The notes: a model not told the origin generated them from the sequence alone. A DNA stretch of 42,291 nucleotides from Elusimicrobiota bacterium (GCA_043819795.1 JBDREN010000226.1:1-42291), one strand, 5' to 3'; counted from the stretch's first letter, positions 18,773 through 28,351 are shown. Program-made: numbers and translations.

Positions 18773-18976
18773 GGACGCCACCTCTTTATTTGTTGCGGTG
18801 AGCGGATGGGGCATGGCCGCTGCTCGCGACGGACCGTCCATCCGGAAGAGCGACGAGCGGGAAATGCTATTATAAGTCGTCTTTGTCAGTCAATCCGGCG
18901 CCGCGAGCTCTCCTCGCGGTGTCTGCGCCTCGGCTGGAGTGTTGCGTAACCCGTTTTGAGGCATGGAGGCCCGCAG

Positions 18977-20224
18977 ATGACTCCACATTACACATGCGTT
19001 GAAGGCCTTAAGTGCGTCCTGTGCGGCCTGGAGCGCCCATTACGCGGACCGGGCTACGTATGCTCGGCCTGCGGCGGGAACCTGCAGGTCGTCTACGACT
19101 ACCGCGCGCTGAAGAAGCGGATCACCCGCCGGAAGCTCGATCGCGACCCCGATAAGAGCGTCTGGCGCTACAGCGCCCTCCTGCCGGCCTCCGCCCCAAG
19201 GCGCCGCCCGTTCGTGTCCGTGGGCTGGACGCCGCTCTACAAGGCCGAGCGGCTGGGCAAGGACCTGGGCCTCTCGAACGTCTACCTCAAAGACGACGGG
19301 CGCAATCCCAGCGCTTCCTTCAAGGACCGGGCCGGCGCCGTGGCCATCGCGCGGGCCCTGGACCTGGGACGGGATGTCGTGGCCGGGGCGTCGACCGGGA
19401 ACGCGGCCTCCTCCCTGGCGTGCCTCGCCGCCGCCACGGGGATCAAGACCATCGTCTTCGTCCCGCAGGCTGCCCCGGCGGCGAAGATCGCGCAGCTCCT
19501 CGTATTCGGAGCGACCGTGATCGCGGTCAAGGGCACCTACGACGAGGCCTTCGACCTCTGCCTCAAAGCCTGCGATGAGTACGGCTGGTACAACCGGAAC
19601 ACCGGCTACAACGCCTTCACGCGGGAGGGCAAGAAGACCTGCTCCTTCGAGCTCGTCGAGCAGCTGGGTTGGCGCTGCCCGGACACGGTCTTCGTCCCCG
19701 TGGGGGACGGCAACATCATCAGCGGGATCTGGAAGGGCTTCGTCGACTTCCACGCCCTGGGCCTGATCGGCCGGCTGCCGCGGCTGGTGGCCGTGCAGGC
19801 GCGCAAGAGCGACGCCATCAAGCGGGCGTTCGAGTCGGACGGCGTCCTGCGCCCGGTCAGCGGGGAGACCATCGCCGACAGCATCTCGGTCAGCATCCCC
19901 CGCGACGGCGACGCCGCCGTGCAGGCCCTCAGGGAGTCCAAAGGATTCGCCGTCTCGGTGACCGACGGCGAGATCCTAGAGGCCATGAGAACGACGGCCC
20001 GGCGGGAGAGCGTCTTCGGGGAGCCCGCCGGGGTCGCGTCGGTCGCCGGGCTCAAGAAGGCGGCGGCCCGGGGGCTCGTCAAGAGCGATGAAAAGATCGT
20101 GGCCCTCGTCACCGGAAACGGCCTCAAAGACGTGGCCAGCGCCCGCAAGGCCGTGGGCGAGCCCCACGTGATCGCGCCCAAGATGGACGAATTGAAACGG
20201 CTGGTCAAAAGACTGGCCCGTTAA
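18977..20224 (+). CDS. Threonine synthase-like fold-type II PLP enzyme
   Basis: CxxC...CxxC N-terminus, GWTPL, NPSASFKDR (PLP Lys), ASTGNA, EGKKT, VPVGDG, VTGNGLKD; GGAGG RBS. Confidence 0.85.
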   Translation: MTPHYTCVEGLKCVLCGLERPLRGPGYVCSACGGNLQVVYDYRALKKRITRRKLDRDPDKSVWRYSALLPASAPRRRPFVSVGWTPLYKAERLGKDLGLSNVYLKDDGRNPSASFKDRAGAVAIARALDLGRDVVAGASTGNAASSLACLAAATGIKTIVFVPQAAPAAKIAQLLVFGATVIAVKGTYDEAFDLCLKACDEYGWYNRNTGYNAFTREGKKTCSFELVEQLGWRCPDTVFVPVGDGNIISGIWKGFVDFHALGLIGRLPRLVAVQARKSDAIKRAFESDGVLRPVSGETIADSISVSIPRDGDAAVQALRESKGFAVSVTDGEILEAMRTTARRESVFGEPAGVASVAGLKKAAARGLVKSDEKIVALVTGNGLKDVASARKAVGEPHVIAPKMDELKRLVKRLAR

Positions 20225-20235
20225 GGAGAACCGAT

Positions 20236-21687
20236 ATGGCCCGCATCCCAATAAACGAAGCCGTGCTCAAGAAGACCGCGAAGCTCTGCCGGGAGCGCAA
20301 CATCGTCATCCCGACCTTCGCCCAGCAGGTGGACCCGTCGAAGATCCCGGCGAAGATCCAGAAGAGGCTCAAGCCCGTCGGGCTCTGGGACATCGATCCG
20401 ATCAACCTCTTCCGGATCACCTGGAAGAACGACATAGACACCGGCCTTTTCGGCGGAGTGAACTTCATCGAGGTCCCGCGGGAGCTGACCGGGGTGGACG
20501 CCCGCATCATCGGCATGGTCGGCAAGTACTTCCCCACCGGGGCCCACAAGGTGGGAGCCGCCTTCGGCTGCCTGGTCCCCCGGCTGGTCACGGGGCAGTT
20601 CGACCCGACCGCCCAGAAGGCCGTATGGCCGTCCACCGGCAACTACTGCCGCGGCGGGGCCTTCGACTGCGCGCTCCTGGCCTGCACGCCGGTCGCCATC
20701 CTGCCCGAGGAGATGAGCAAGGAGCGCTTCGAGTGGCTCAAGTCCGTGGGGGCGGAGGTCATCGCCACCCCGGGCTGCGAGAGCAACGTCAAGGAGATCT
20801 ACGATAAGTGCTGGGACATCCGCAAGAACCGCAAGGACTGCGTGATCTTCAACCAGTTCGAGGAGTTTGGAAACGCCTTCTGGCACTACCACTGCACCGG
20901 CGCCGCGTTCGAGGAGGTGTTCCGGAAGATCAAGGGCCGCAAGACCCGGGCGGCCGCCTACGTGTCGGCGACGGGCTCGGCCGGCACCATCGCGGCCGGC
21001 GACCGCCTGAAGAAGACCTTCCCCAACCTCAAGGTGGCCGCGGTGGAGGCCCTCCAATGCCCCACGCTGCTCCTCAACGGCTGGGGCGGGCACCGGATCG
21101 AGGGGATCGGCGACAAGCACGTCCCCTGGATCCACAACGTGCGCAACACGGACGCCGTCGTCGCCGTCGACGACGAGAGCACCGTGACCCTGCTGCGCCT
21201 GTTCGCCGAGCGCGCGGGGAAGAAGGTCTTGTCGAAGAACGGGGTCTCCTCCGCGTTCGCCAAGAACCTCCCGCTTCTGGGGTTCTCCGGGATCTGCAAC
21301 CTGCTGGCCTCGATCAAGATGGCCAAGTACTACGAGCTCGACTCCGACGACGTGGTCTTCACGGTGTTCACCGACTCCGTGGACCTCTACGGCTCGCGCC
21401 TGACCGAGATGAACAAGGAGCGCGGGGCCTACACCGAGGACCAAGCGATCGCGGACCTCGAGCGGCGCGTGCGCGGGATCGGCATCGACCACATGCGCGA
21501 GCTGGGCTATTACGACCGCAAGGCCCTGCACAACCTGAAGTACTTCACCTGGTGCGAGCAGCAAGGCAAGACCTCGGAGGAGCTCGACCGCCTATGGAGC
21601 CCCGCGTTCTGGGACGAGACCTTCGCGTCCTTCGAGGCGTACGACGAGCTCATCGAGCGGTTCAACGACAAGACCGGTCTTCTTTAG
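20236..21687 (+). CDS. Fold-type II PLP-dependent enzyme (cysteine synthase/tryptophan synthase beta superfamily), substrate unknown
   Basis: FPTGAHKVG (PLP Lys), PSTGNY, NQF, ATGSAGT, HRIEGIG; TAAGGAG RBS. Confidence 0.8.
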   Translation: MARIPINEAVLKKTAKLCRERNIVIPTFAQQVDPSKIPAKIQKRLKPVGLWDIDPINLFRITWKNDIDTGLFGGVNFIEVPRELTGVDARIIGMVGKYFPTGAHKVGAAFGCLVPRLVTGQFDPTAQKAVWPSTGNYCRGGAFDCALLACTPVAILPEEMSKERFEWLKSVGAEVIATPGCESNVKEIYDKCWDIRKNRKDCVIFNQFEEFGNAFWHYHCTGAAFEEVFRKIKGRKTRAAAYVSATGSAGTIAAGDRLKKTFPNLKVAAVEALQCPTLLLNGWGGHRIEGIGDKHVPWIHNVRNTDAVVAVDDESTVTLLRLFAERAGKKVLSKNGVSSAFAKNLPLLGFSGICNLLASIKMAKYYELDSDDVVFTVFTDSVDLYGSRLTEMNKERGAYTEDQAIADLERRVRGIGIDHMRELGYYDRKALHNLKYFTWCEQQGKTSEELDRLWSPAFWDETFASFEAYDELIERFNDKTGLL

Positions 21688-21694
21688 CGAAGCG

Positions 21695-21732
21695 CGAATT
21701 GCGGGGAATCCCCTTGGATTTCCCGCAATTCG
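21695..21732. other. Intergenic stem-loop inside the operon
   Basis: CGAATTGCGGGGAATCC-CCTT-GGATTTCCCGCAATTCG, a 17-bp stem with one G-T pair; no U tract. Confidence 0.6.
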
Positions 21733-21757
21733 TAAGATCACATCTTAAGGAGTGGAG

Positions 21758-24253
21758 ATGAAGAAAGCGAACGTCCTCTTTTTAACCGACGCCCAGCTCG
21801 CCGCGGAGATGGAGAAATGCGAGTACTGCGCGGAGAAGCCCTGCAAGACGGCCTGTCCCGCGGACTGCTCGCCGGCCGACTTCATCATGGCCGCGAAGGG
21901 AGGCCGAAAGTCCGACTATAAGCGGTCCGCGGCGCTCGTCATGGGCAGCAACCCCCTGGGCGGGGTCTGCGGCGCGGTCTGTCCGGACCGGCACTGCATG
22001 CGGGCCTGCTCCCGAAAGGGTTTCGACGCGCCCATCGACATCCCCGCGGTCCAGGCTACCATCGTCCAGAAAGCCAAGGACCTGGGCGTCATGCCCAAGT
22101 TCGCCAGGCCCGCGCGCAACGGCAGAAAGGCGGCGATCGTCGGGGCCGGTCCAGCGGGCTTCGCCGCGGCGGCCGTGCTCGCGCAGAAAGGCTACAAGGT
22201 CCACGTCTTCGAGCGAGAGAAGGCCGGCGGCGGCATGGTCGGCCTCATCCCCGGCCTCCGCCTGGAGAAGGCGGTGCTCAAGACGGACCTCGACTTCCTC
22301 ATGAAGCTGGGGGACATCTCCCTCAAGAAGGGGCGCGCGGTCAAAGACCCCGAGGCCCTGCTGCGCAAGGGCTACGACGCCGTGATCGTCGCCGGCGGCC
22401 TGGACGTCCCCTTCCTCCTGGGCATCAAGGGCGAGGAGGCCGCCATCGGCTGGATGGACTACCTCAACAAGCCCGCCCGGTTCAAGCTCAAGGGAAAGCG
22501 CGTGGCGGTGATCGGCGGAGGGGCGGTGGCCGCAGACTGCGCGGAGACCGCCACGGCGGCCGGCGCGGACCACGTGGAGATGTTCGCCTTGGAGAAGCTC
22601 GGCGAGATGCCCCTCACCGCCAAGGAGCTCTCCGGCGTCCTCAAGGCCGGGGTACACGTGACCGGACGGACCAGCGTGAGCGCGATCGACGCGAAGAGCG
22701 GCAAGATCGAGTGCCTCTGCACGGTCAAGGTCGCCCTGCCCAAGGGCAAGGCGTTCCATCCCGCGGCCGTGACGCCGGTCAAGGGCTCGGAGCTCTGCCG
22801 CAAGGACTTCGACGCCGTGATCGTGGCCATCGGCGGGCGGCCGGGCCTGAAGCCGACAGCCAACCGGCAGGTCTTCTTCGCCGGGGACGCCGTGAACGGG
22901 CCCACCACGGTGGTGGAGGCGGCCGCCGCCGGGAAGAACGCCGCGGTAGAGGCCGACGCCCACATCAACGGCGGGCCGAAGCCCGTCGTGAAGAACAAGG
23001 TCAAGAGCCGGGTCGTGCTCGAGGGAAGAAGGCTCCTCCCCGTCCCCGTGGACGCGGATTTCTTCGGCAGGAGGATCCACTCCCCCTTTCTGCTTTCCGC
23101 CGCCCCTCCCTCGGACGGCTACGAGCAGATGAAGCGGGCCTACAAGGCCGGGTGGGCCGGCGGAGTCATGAAGACCGCCTTCGACGACATCCCCATCCAC
23201 ATCCCGTCGGAGTACATGTTCGCCTTCGACCGCTCCACCTACGCCAACTGCGACAACGTCTCCGGGCACCCCCTGGACCGCGTATGCCGGGAGATCGGGC
23301 GCCTGCGCAAGGAGTTCCCGGACCGCCTGACCATGGCCTCCACCGGGGGACCGGTGACGGGCGACGACGACAGCGACCTGAAGGGCTGGCAGGCCAACAC
23401 GAGGAAGCTCGAGGCCGCGGGCGCGATGGGGATCGAGTACAGCCTCTCCTGCCCGCAGGGGGGCGACGGGACCAAGGGGGACATCGTCTCCCAGGACCCC
23501 GAGCTGACGGCCAAGATCGTGGAGTGGGTCATGGAGGCGAGCGACCCCGACATCCCGAAGCTCTTCAAGCTGACCGGGGCCGTGACCGCCATCTACCCTA
23601 TCCTCGCGGCGATCAAGAAGGTGTTCGACAGGCACCCGCGCAGGAAAGCTGGCGTCACGCTGGCCAACACCTTCCCCACGCTCGCCTTCCGGGAAGGCAA
23701 GAAGAAGAGTTGGGACGAGGGCATCGTCGTAGGCATGAGCGGCGACGGCGTCACGCCGATCAGCAACCTGACCCTCGCCAACGCGTCCCGCATCGACGTG
23801 GCCGTCTCCGGCAACGGCGGGCCCATGGACTACAAGGCCGCCGCCGACTTCCTGGCGCTCGGGGCCAAGACGGTCCAGTTCTGCACCATCGTCATGAAGT
23901 ACGGCTACGGGATCATCGGCGAGCTCAACTCGGGCCTGAGCCACCTGATGGAGGAGAGGGGCATCCGCTCGGTGGACCGCCTCATCGGCCGCGCGCTCCC
24001 CGACCCGATCCGGGGGTTCATGGACCTCAGCGCCGTGAAGAAGGTCTCGGCCGTCCGCGCCGAGCTCTGCGAGCACTGCGGCAACTGCACCCGCTGCCCC
24101 TACATGGCGATCACGCTGAACGAGGATCTCGTGCCGGAGACGGACCCCTCCAAGTGCGTCGGGTGCTCGATCTGCGCCCAGAAGTGCTTCTCCGGGGCGC
24201 TCTACATGCGGGACAGGACCAGACAAGAGCTCAAGCTCCTCAAGGAGGACTGA
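21758..24253 (+). CDS. Single-chain dihydropyrimidine dehydrogenase-like enzyme (PreT-PreA fusion; FAD/FMN/FeS)
   Basis: CEYC...PC...CP and CGAVCP...C FeS motifs, GAGPAG, GGGAVAADC, FAGD..NGP, then SPFLLSAAPP, SLSCPQG, ANT, VQFCT, and a C-terminal 2x[4Fe-4S]. Confidence 0.85.
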   Translation: MKKANVLFLTDAQLAAEMEKCEYCAEKPCKTACPADCSPADFIMAAKGGRKSDYKRSAALVMGSNPLGGVCGAVCPDRHCMRACSRKGFDAPIDIPAVQATIVQKAKDLGVMPKFARPARNGRKAAIVGAGPAGFAAAAVLAQKGYKVHVFEREKAGGGMVGLIPGLRLEKAVLKTDLDFLMKLGDISLKKGRAVKDPEALLRKGYDAVIVAGGLDVPFLLGIKGEEAAIGWMDYLNKPARFKLKGKRVAVIGGGAVAADCAETATAAGADHVEMFALEKLGEMPLTAKELSGVLKAGVHVTGRTSVSAIDAKSGKIECLCTVKVALPKGKAFHPAAVTPVKGSELCRKDFDAVIVAIGGRPGLKPTANRQVFFAGDAVNGPTTVVEAAAAGKNAAVEADAHINGGPKPVVKNKVKSRVVLEGRRLLPVPVDADFFGRRIHSPFLLSAAPPSDGYEQMKRAYKAGWAGGVMKTAFDDIPIHIPSEYMFAFDRSTYANCDNVSGHPLDRVCREIGRLRKEFPDRLTMASTGGPVTGDDDSDLKGWQANTRKLEAAGAMGIEYSLSCPQGGDGTKGDIVSQDPELTAKIVEWVMEASDPDIPKLFKLTGAVTAIYPILAAIKKVFDRHPRRKAGVTLANTFPTLAFREGKKKSWDEGIVVGMSGDGVTPISNLTLANASRIDVAVSGNGGPMDYKAAADFLALGAKTVQFCTIVMKYGYGIIGELNSGLSHLMEERGIRSVDRLIGRALPDPIRGFMDLSAVKKVSAVRAELCEHCGNCTRCPYMAITLNEDLVPETDPSKCVGCSICAQKCFSGALYMRDRTRQELKLLKED

Positions 24254-24257
24254 CACC

Positions 24258-25588
24258 GTGGCCGACACGCTGCTCATCAAGAACGGGATCATCGCGACGC
24301 TGGGAGACGACAACAAGGTCCTCTACGGCCATTCCGTGCTCTGCGAGGACGGCCGCATCAAGAAGATCGGCAAGAGCTCCGAGTTCAACGGCGGATACGA
24401 CAAGGTGATCGACGCTCACGGCAAGGCCGTGATGCCCGGCTTCATCAACGCGCACATGCACTTCTACAGCACCATGGTGCGCGGCCTGGGCAAGGCCAAG
24501 CCCTCGAAGGACTTCAAGGAGGTCCTCGAGAACCTGTGGTGGCGGCTGGACAAGAAGCTGGTCCTCGACGACTGCTACTACAGCGCGCTCCTGCCCCTCA
24601 TCGACGCGGTCAAGCGGGGGACCACGGCCCTCATCGACCACCACGCCAGCCCCTACGCGGCGCGGGGCTCTCTGGACCGCATCGCCGAGGCGGTCAAGCG
24701 GGTCGGCCTGCGGGCTTCGCTCTGCTACGAGCTCTCCGACCGCGACGGGGAGAAGATCGCCCAGGACGGCATCGACGAGAACGTGGAGTTCATCAAGCGC
24801 TGCGAGAAGGACAAAGACGAAAAGCTCAAGGCCCTGTTCGGCCTGCACGCCGCCTTCACCATCGGCGACAAGACCATGGGGAAGGCCGCCGAAGCCGGCC
24901 GCTCGCTGGGCGCGGGCTTCCACGTCCACACCGCGGAGGCGCATTCCGACCAGGACTACAACCAGGCGAACTTCGGCATGCGGGTCGTCGAGCGCCTCAA
25001 CAAGTTCGGGGTGCTCGGCCCGAAGTCCATCGCCGCGCACTGCGTCCACGTCAACGACAAGGAGCTCGACATCCTCAGGAGACCGGGACCGCGGTCGTGC
25101 ACAACCCGCAGTCCAACATGAACAACGCGGTGGGCATCGCCGACATCATAGCGATGTGCGGCAAGGGGATCCTGGTGGGCCTCGGCACCGACGCCATGAC
25201 CGTCAACATGCTCGAGGAGGTCCGCGTGGCGCAGTGGGCCCAGCACCTCAGACACCAGAACCCGAGCGTCGGATTCATGGAGTCCGCCTCCACCCTCATG
25301 TTCAACAACGCCAAGATCGCCAACCGCTACTGGGACCCGAAGGTGGGCGTCCTCAAGGAGGGCTACGCCGCCGACATCATCCTGATGGACTACTACCCGC
25401 CGACCCCCTTCGACGGGAACACGTTCCTCGGGCACCTCATCTTCGGGCTGTCGCAGTCCTTCGTGGACACGACCATCGCCGGCGGAAAGGTCCTTATGGA
25501 GAACAAGAAGCTCGCCATCGACGTGGACGAGGAGGAGATCGCGGCCAAATCCCGGGAGCTCGCCACCGAGCTCTGGGAGAGGTTCTGA
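24258..25588 (+). pseudogene. ssnA: SsnA-like amidohydrolase split by a 1-nt frameshift at ~25077-25080
   Basis: MPGFINAHMH, IDHHAS, GLHA, HVHTAE and AAHCVH in the first frame; HNPQSNMNN, LGTD and GYAADII in the second. Adding one base gives 443 aa. Confidence 0.8.
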
Positions 25589-25593
25589 CCCGC

Positions 25594-25628
25594 ACAGCGG
25601 GAGACCCGCGCCGCGGGTCTTCCGCTGT
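25594..25628 (+). terminator. Strong hairpin after ssnA (terminator-like, weak U tract)
   Basis: ACAGCGGGAGACCCGC-GCC-GCGGGTCTTCCGCTGT. Confidence 0.5.
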
Positions 25629-25759
25629 TGCGACACCTTATCGGTCCTTGATGTCGGGCGCTCAGCGCACGACCCATCAGCACCGTCTAGCCTTGATCAT
25701 CCTTCCGGCATCCATGGTGCCATGAAAATGGTAGACTCGCTTCCAGAGGAGGGAGGACG

Positions 25760-26221
25760 ATGCTCAACGGAATCGGCGCGGGCAAGCCGTTAGACGACGA
25801 CAAGGATCCCGTCCCGCGGGCGCTGAGCGATCACGCGATCGCATCGGAGCGGACATTCTTCCTCACGAAGCTCAAGTCGAAGATCGGGGAACGCGAGGGA
25901 TTCGTCAAGCTGAGGAATATGGAGACTTTCCTCCAGAAACAGCTGCCCGAGCATTTCGAGTTGGAAGAGAACTTGCTGTTCCCAAAGGCGCTGGAGCTGG
26001 CGCCGGACCTCGCCGATACCGTCCGGGCGCTCATCGCGGAGCACAAGGAGCTGTTTGACTACTGCGGGCGCATCACGGACGAGACGACATCCAACGTGTT
26101 CCCCTTGCCGGCGGAGGCGGTGCTCCGGCCGAACGGCTGGATCGACGAATTCTCCGCGATCCTCGACCGCCACATGCGCATGGAGGATCGCGAGATCTAT
26201 CCGGCGCTCAAGAAGCCTTGA
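25760..26221 (+). CDS. Hemerythrin-domain protein
   Basis: H...HFELEE..LFP...EH...HMRMED..IYP pattern; GAGGGAGG RBS. Confidence 0.8.
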   Translation: MLNGIGAGKPLDDDKDPVPRALSDHAIASERTFFLTKLKSKIGEREGFVKLRNMETFLQKQLPEHFELEENLLFPKALELAPDLADTVRALIAEHKELFDYCGRITDETTSNVFPLPAEAVLRPNGWIDEFSAILDRHMRMEDREIYPALKKP

Positions 26222-26400
26222 TGAGGCTCATCCCGCCGCCGCATCCCGCGGAAGCGCGTCGCCGACGGGGTCCGACGTCCTCACGTTCCCATTCTCCTTC
26301 GAGTCTCGATAGCTCGCCGCCAAGCTCTGGGAGCCGTTCTGGGAGTGTGATCCGCGCGCGGGCCCAAAACGCGCCCTGAGACGACCCTGAGACACGCTCC

Positions 26401-26429
26401 TTGACAAGGTCGAAACATACGAATAAACT
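26401..26429 (+). promoter_or_regulatory. Sigma70-type promoter
   Basis: TTGACA, 17-nt spacer, TAAACT, ending 47 nt before ATG 26477. Confidence 0.7.
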
Positions 26430-26476
26430 CTCCCGACCCTGTGGGAAGCCTTTGATATTTTCCGCTTAGCCGAAGC

Positions 26477-28351
26477 ATGAACAATAACTCGAAAAAGTCC
26501 GATAACAATCACCGGACCCCGCTCGCCGCGAACGGTCCGAACGGCCGCCGCGGCCCGGTCAAGGACATCCTCTCCGGCATGGGGACGGAGTTCAAAAAGA
26601 ACGGGAAGCCCTCCAACGGCAACAATCGCGCGAAGCCGGGCAAGGATATCCTCTCCGGAATGGAGACGGAGTTCAAAAAGAACGGGAAACCCTCCAACGG
26701 CAACAATCGCGCGAAGCCGGTCAAGAACATCCTCTTCGACATGAGGACGGGGTTCAAGAAGAACGGGAAGCCCTCCAACGGCAACAACCGCCCGGAGAAG
26801 GATTCTGCGCCCCCGTGCGTTCAGCGCTCCCGTGCGGTCCGCCTCGCGGCCATCCAAGGGGCCTCCCTCGACAGGATCGAGGCGCAGAGGGCCAAGGGCA
26901 AGCTGACCGCGAGGGAGCGGGTCCACTACCTTCTTGACGAGCACAGCTTCCAGGAGATCGGGCTTCTGGTCAAGACCCGGTCCCACGACTTCGATCTCCA
27001 GGAAAAGGCTTCTCCGGGAGACGGCGTCATCACCGGCTTCGGCAAGATCCGCGGAAGAAGAGTCGCGGTCTTTGCCCAGGATTTCACCGTTCTGGGCGGA
27101 ACGATCGGGCTGGCCCACGCCCAAAAAGTAGCGCGCCTCATGGACGCCGCCTACGACGCCCGCATCCCCCTGATCAGCCTGATGGACTCGGGCGGGGCAC
27201 GCATTCAGGAAGGAGTGCACGCTCTCGACGGCTACGCCGAGATATTCTCCCGAAACGTCAAGGCCTCGGGAGTCATCCCTCAGATTTCCATCATCCTCGG
27301 CCCCTGCGCCGGCGGGGCCGTCTATTCCGCCGCCCTGACCGACTTCGTGTTCATGGTCGAGGGCCTCAGCCACATGTTCATCACCGGCCCGCAGGTCGTC
27401 CGGGAGGCCACGGGGGAATCGATCGATTTCGAGACGCTGGGAGGAAGCGAGACCCACGCCGTTCATTCCGGGGTCTGTCATTTCCTCGCGAAAAGCGAGT
27501 CCGACTGCTTCCGGCAGGTCCGGGAACTGCTAACTTTCCTGCCTCAGAGCCGCTGGAGCAAAGCGCCGCACATGCCCTCCGAGGATACCTCCGAGCGGGA
27601 CGTACCCTTCCTTGAAGAGCTGTGCGGGCTCGATCCAAGGAGGACGTATCCGATCCACGACGTGATCCACCAGCTCGCCGATGAGAGCAGGTTCCTGGAG
27701 ACGCAGTCCCTCTTCGCCAAGAACCTGACCACGGGCTTCATGAGGCTCGACGGGGAGGTGGTGGGCGTGGTCGCCAACAACCCCGCCCACCTGGCGGGGG
27801 CCCTGGACATCAACGCCTCGGAAAAGGCCGCCCGTTTCGTCCGGTTCCTCAACAACTTCAACATCCCCATCCTCACCCTGGTGGACGTCCCCGGCTACCT
27901 GCCCGGGCTGGAGCAGGAGCGCGGCGGCATCATCCGCCGCGGGGCCAAGCTCCTGTACGCCTATTGCGAGGCCACGGTTCCGAAGATCAGCGTGGTCCTC
28001 CGCAAGGCCTACGGTGGAGCCTACATCGCCATGGGCTCGAAGCTCCTTCGGGGCGATTTAAATTTCGCCCTTCCTTCCGCCGAGATAGCCGTAATGGGGA
28101 GCAAAGGGGCGGTGGAGATACTCTTCGGGAAACGGATCAAGGCTTCCCCCTCCCCGGAGGACCTGTGGGAGGATCTGGCCCGGGATTACTCCGACCGCTT
28201 CGCCTCACCCTACCAGGCCGCATCGAGCGGCTCCCTGGACGATGTGGTCGAGCCTCGCCGCCTGCGCTCCAAGCTGATCCTGGCCTTCGAGGTGTTGCGG
28301 GACAAGCGCCAGCCGGGTCAGGGCTCCCCTCCGGGCAACATACCTCTCTAA
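26477..28351 (+). CDS. Acyl-CoA carboxylase carboxyltransferase subunit (PccB/MmdA-like) with N-terminal repeat extension
   Basis: KGKLTARER, PGDGVITG, DSGGARIQEG, GPCAGGAVYS, DVPGYLPG, RKAYGGAY, C-terminal GNIPL. Confidence 0.92.
   Translation: MNNNSKKSDNNHRTPLAANGPNGRRGPVKDILSGMGTEFKKNGKPSNGNNRAKPGKDILSGMETEFKKNGKPSNGNNRAKPVKNILFDMRTGFKKNGKPSNGNNRPEKDSAPPCVQRSRAVRLAAIQGASLDRIEAQRAKGKLTARERVHYLLDEHSFQEIGLLVKTRSHDFDLQEKASPGDGVITGFGKIRGRRVAVFAQDFTVLGGTIGLAHAQKVARLMDAAYDARIPLISLMDSGGARIQEGVHALDGYAEIFSRNVKASGVIPQISIILGPCAGGAVYSAALTDFVFMVEGLSHMFITGPQVVREATGESIDFETLGGSETHAVHSGVCHFLAKSESDCFRQVRELLTFLPQSRWSKAPHMPSEDTSERDVPFLEELCGLDPRRTYPIHDVIHQLADESRFLETQSLFAKNLTTGFMRLDGEVVGVVANNPAHLAGALDINASEKAARFVRFLNNFNIPILTLVDVPGYLPGLEQERGGIIRRGAKLLYAYCEATVPKISVVLRKAYGGAYIAMGSKLLRGDLNFALPSAEIAVMGSKGAVEILFGKRIKASPSPEDLWEDLARDYSDRFASPYQAASSGSLDDVVEPRRLRSKLILAFEVLRDKRQPGQGSPPGNIPL
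26558..26791 (+). repeat. Coding tandem repeat, 81 bp (27 aa) x ~2.9
   Basis: Units start at 26558, 26639 and 26720; consensus xKDILSGMxTEFKKNGKPSNGNNRAKP. Confidence 0.95.

Noticed and set aside
21758..24253. Calling the gene ygfK or gltD
   Set aside because: The domain order (GltD-like, then FMN barrel, then ferredoxin) matches DPYD/PreTA; as I recall, YgfK has the barrel-like region first, and GltD lacks it.
25060..25095. Programmed ribosomal frameshift in ssnA
   Set aside because: No slippery heptamer or homopolymer run; a simple 1-nt deletion explains it.
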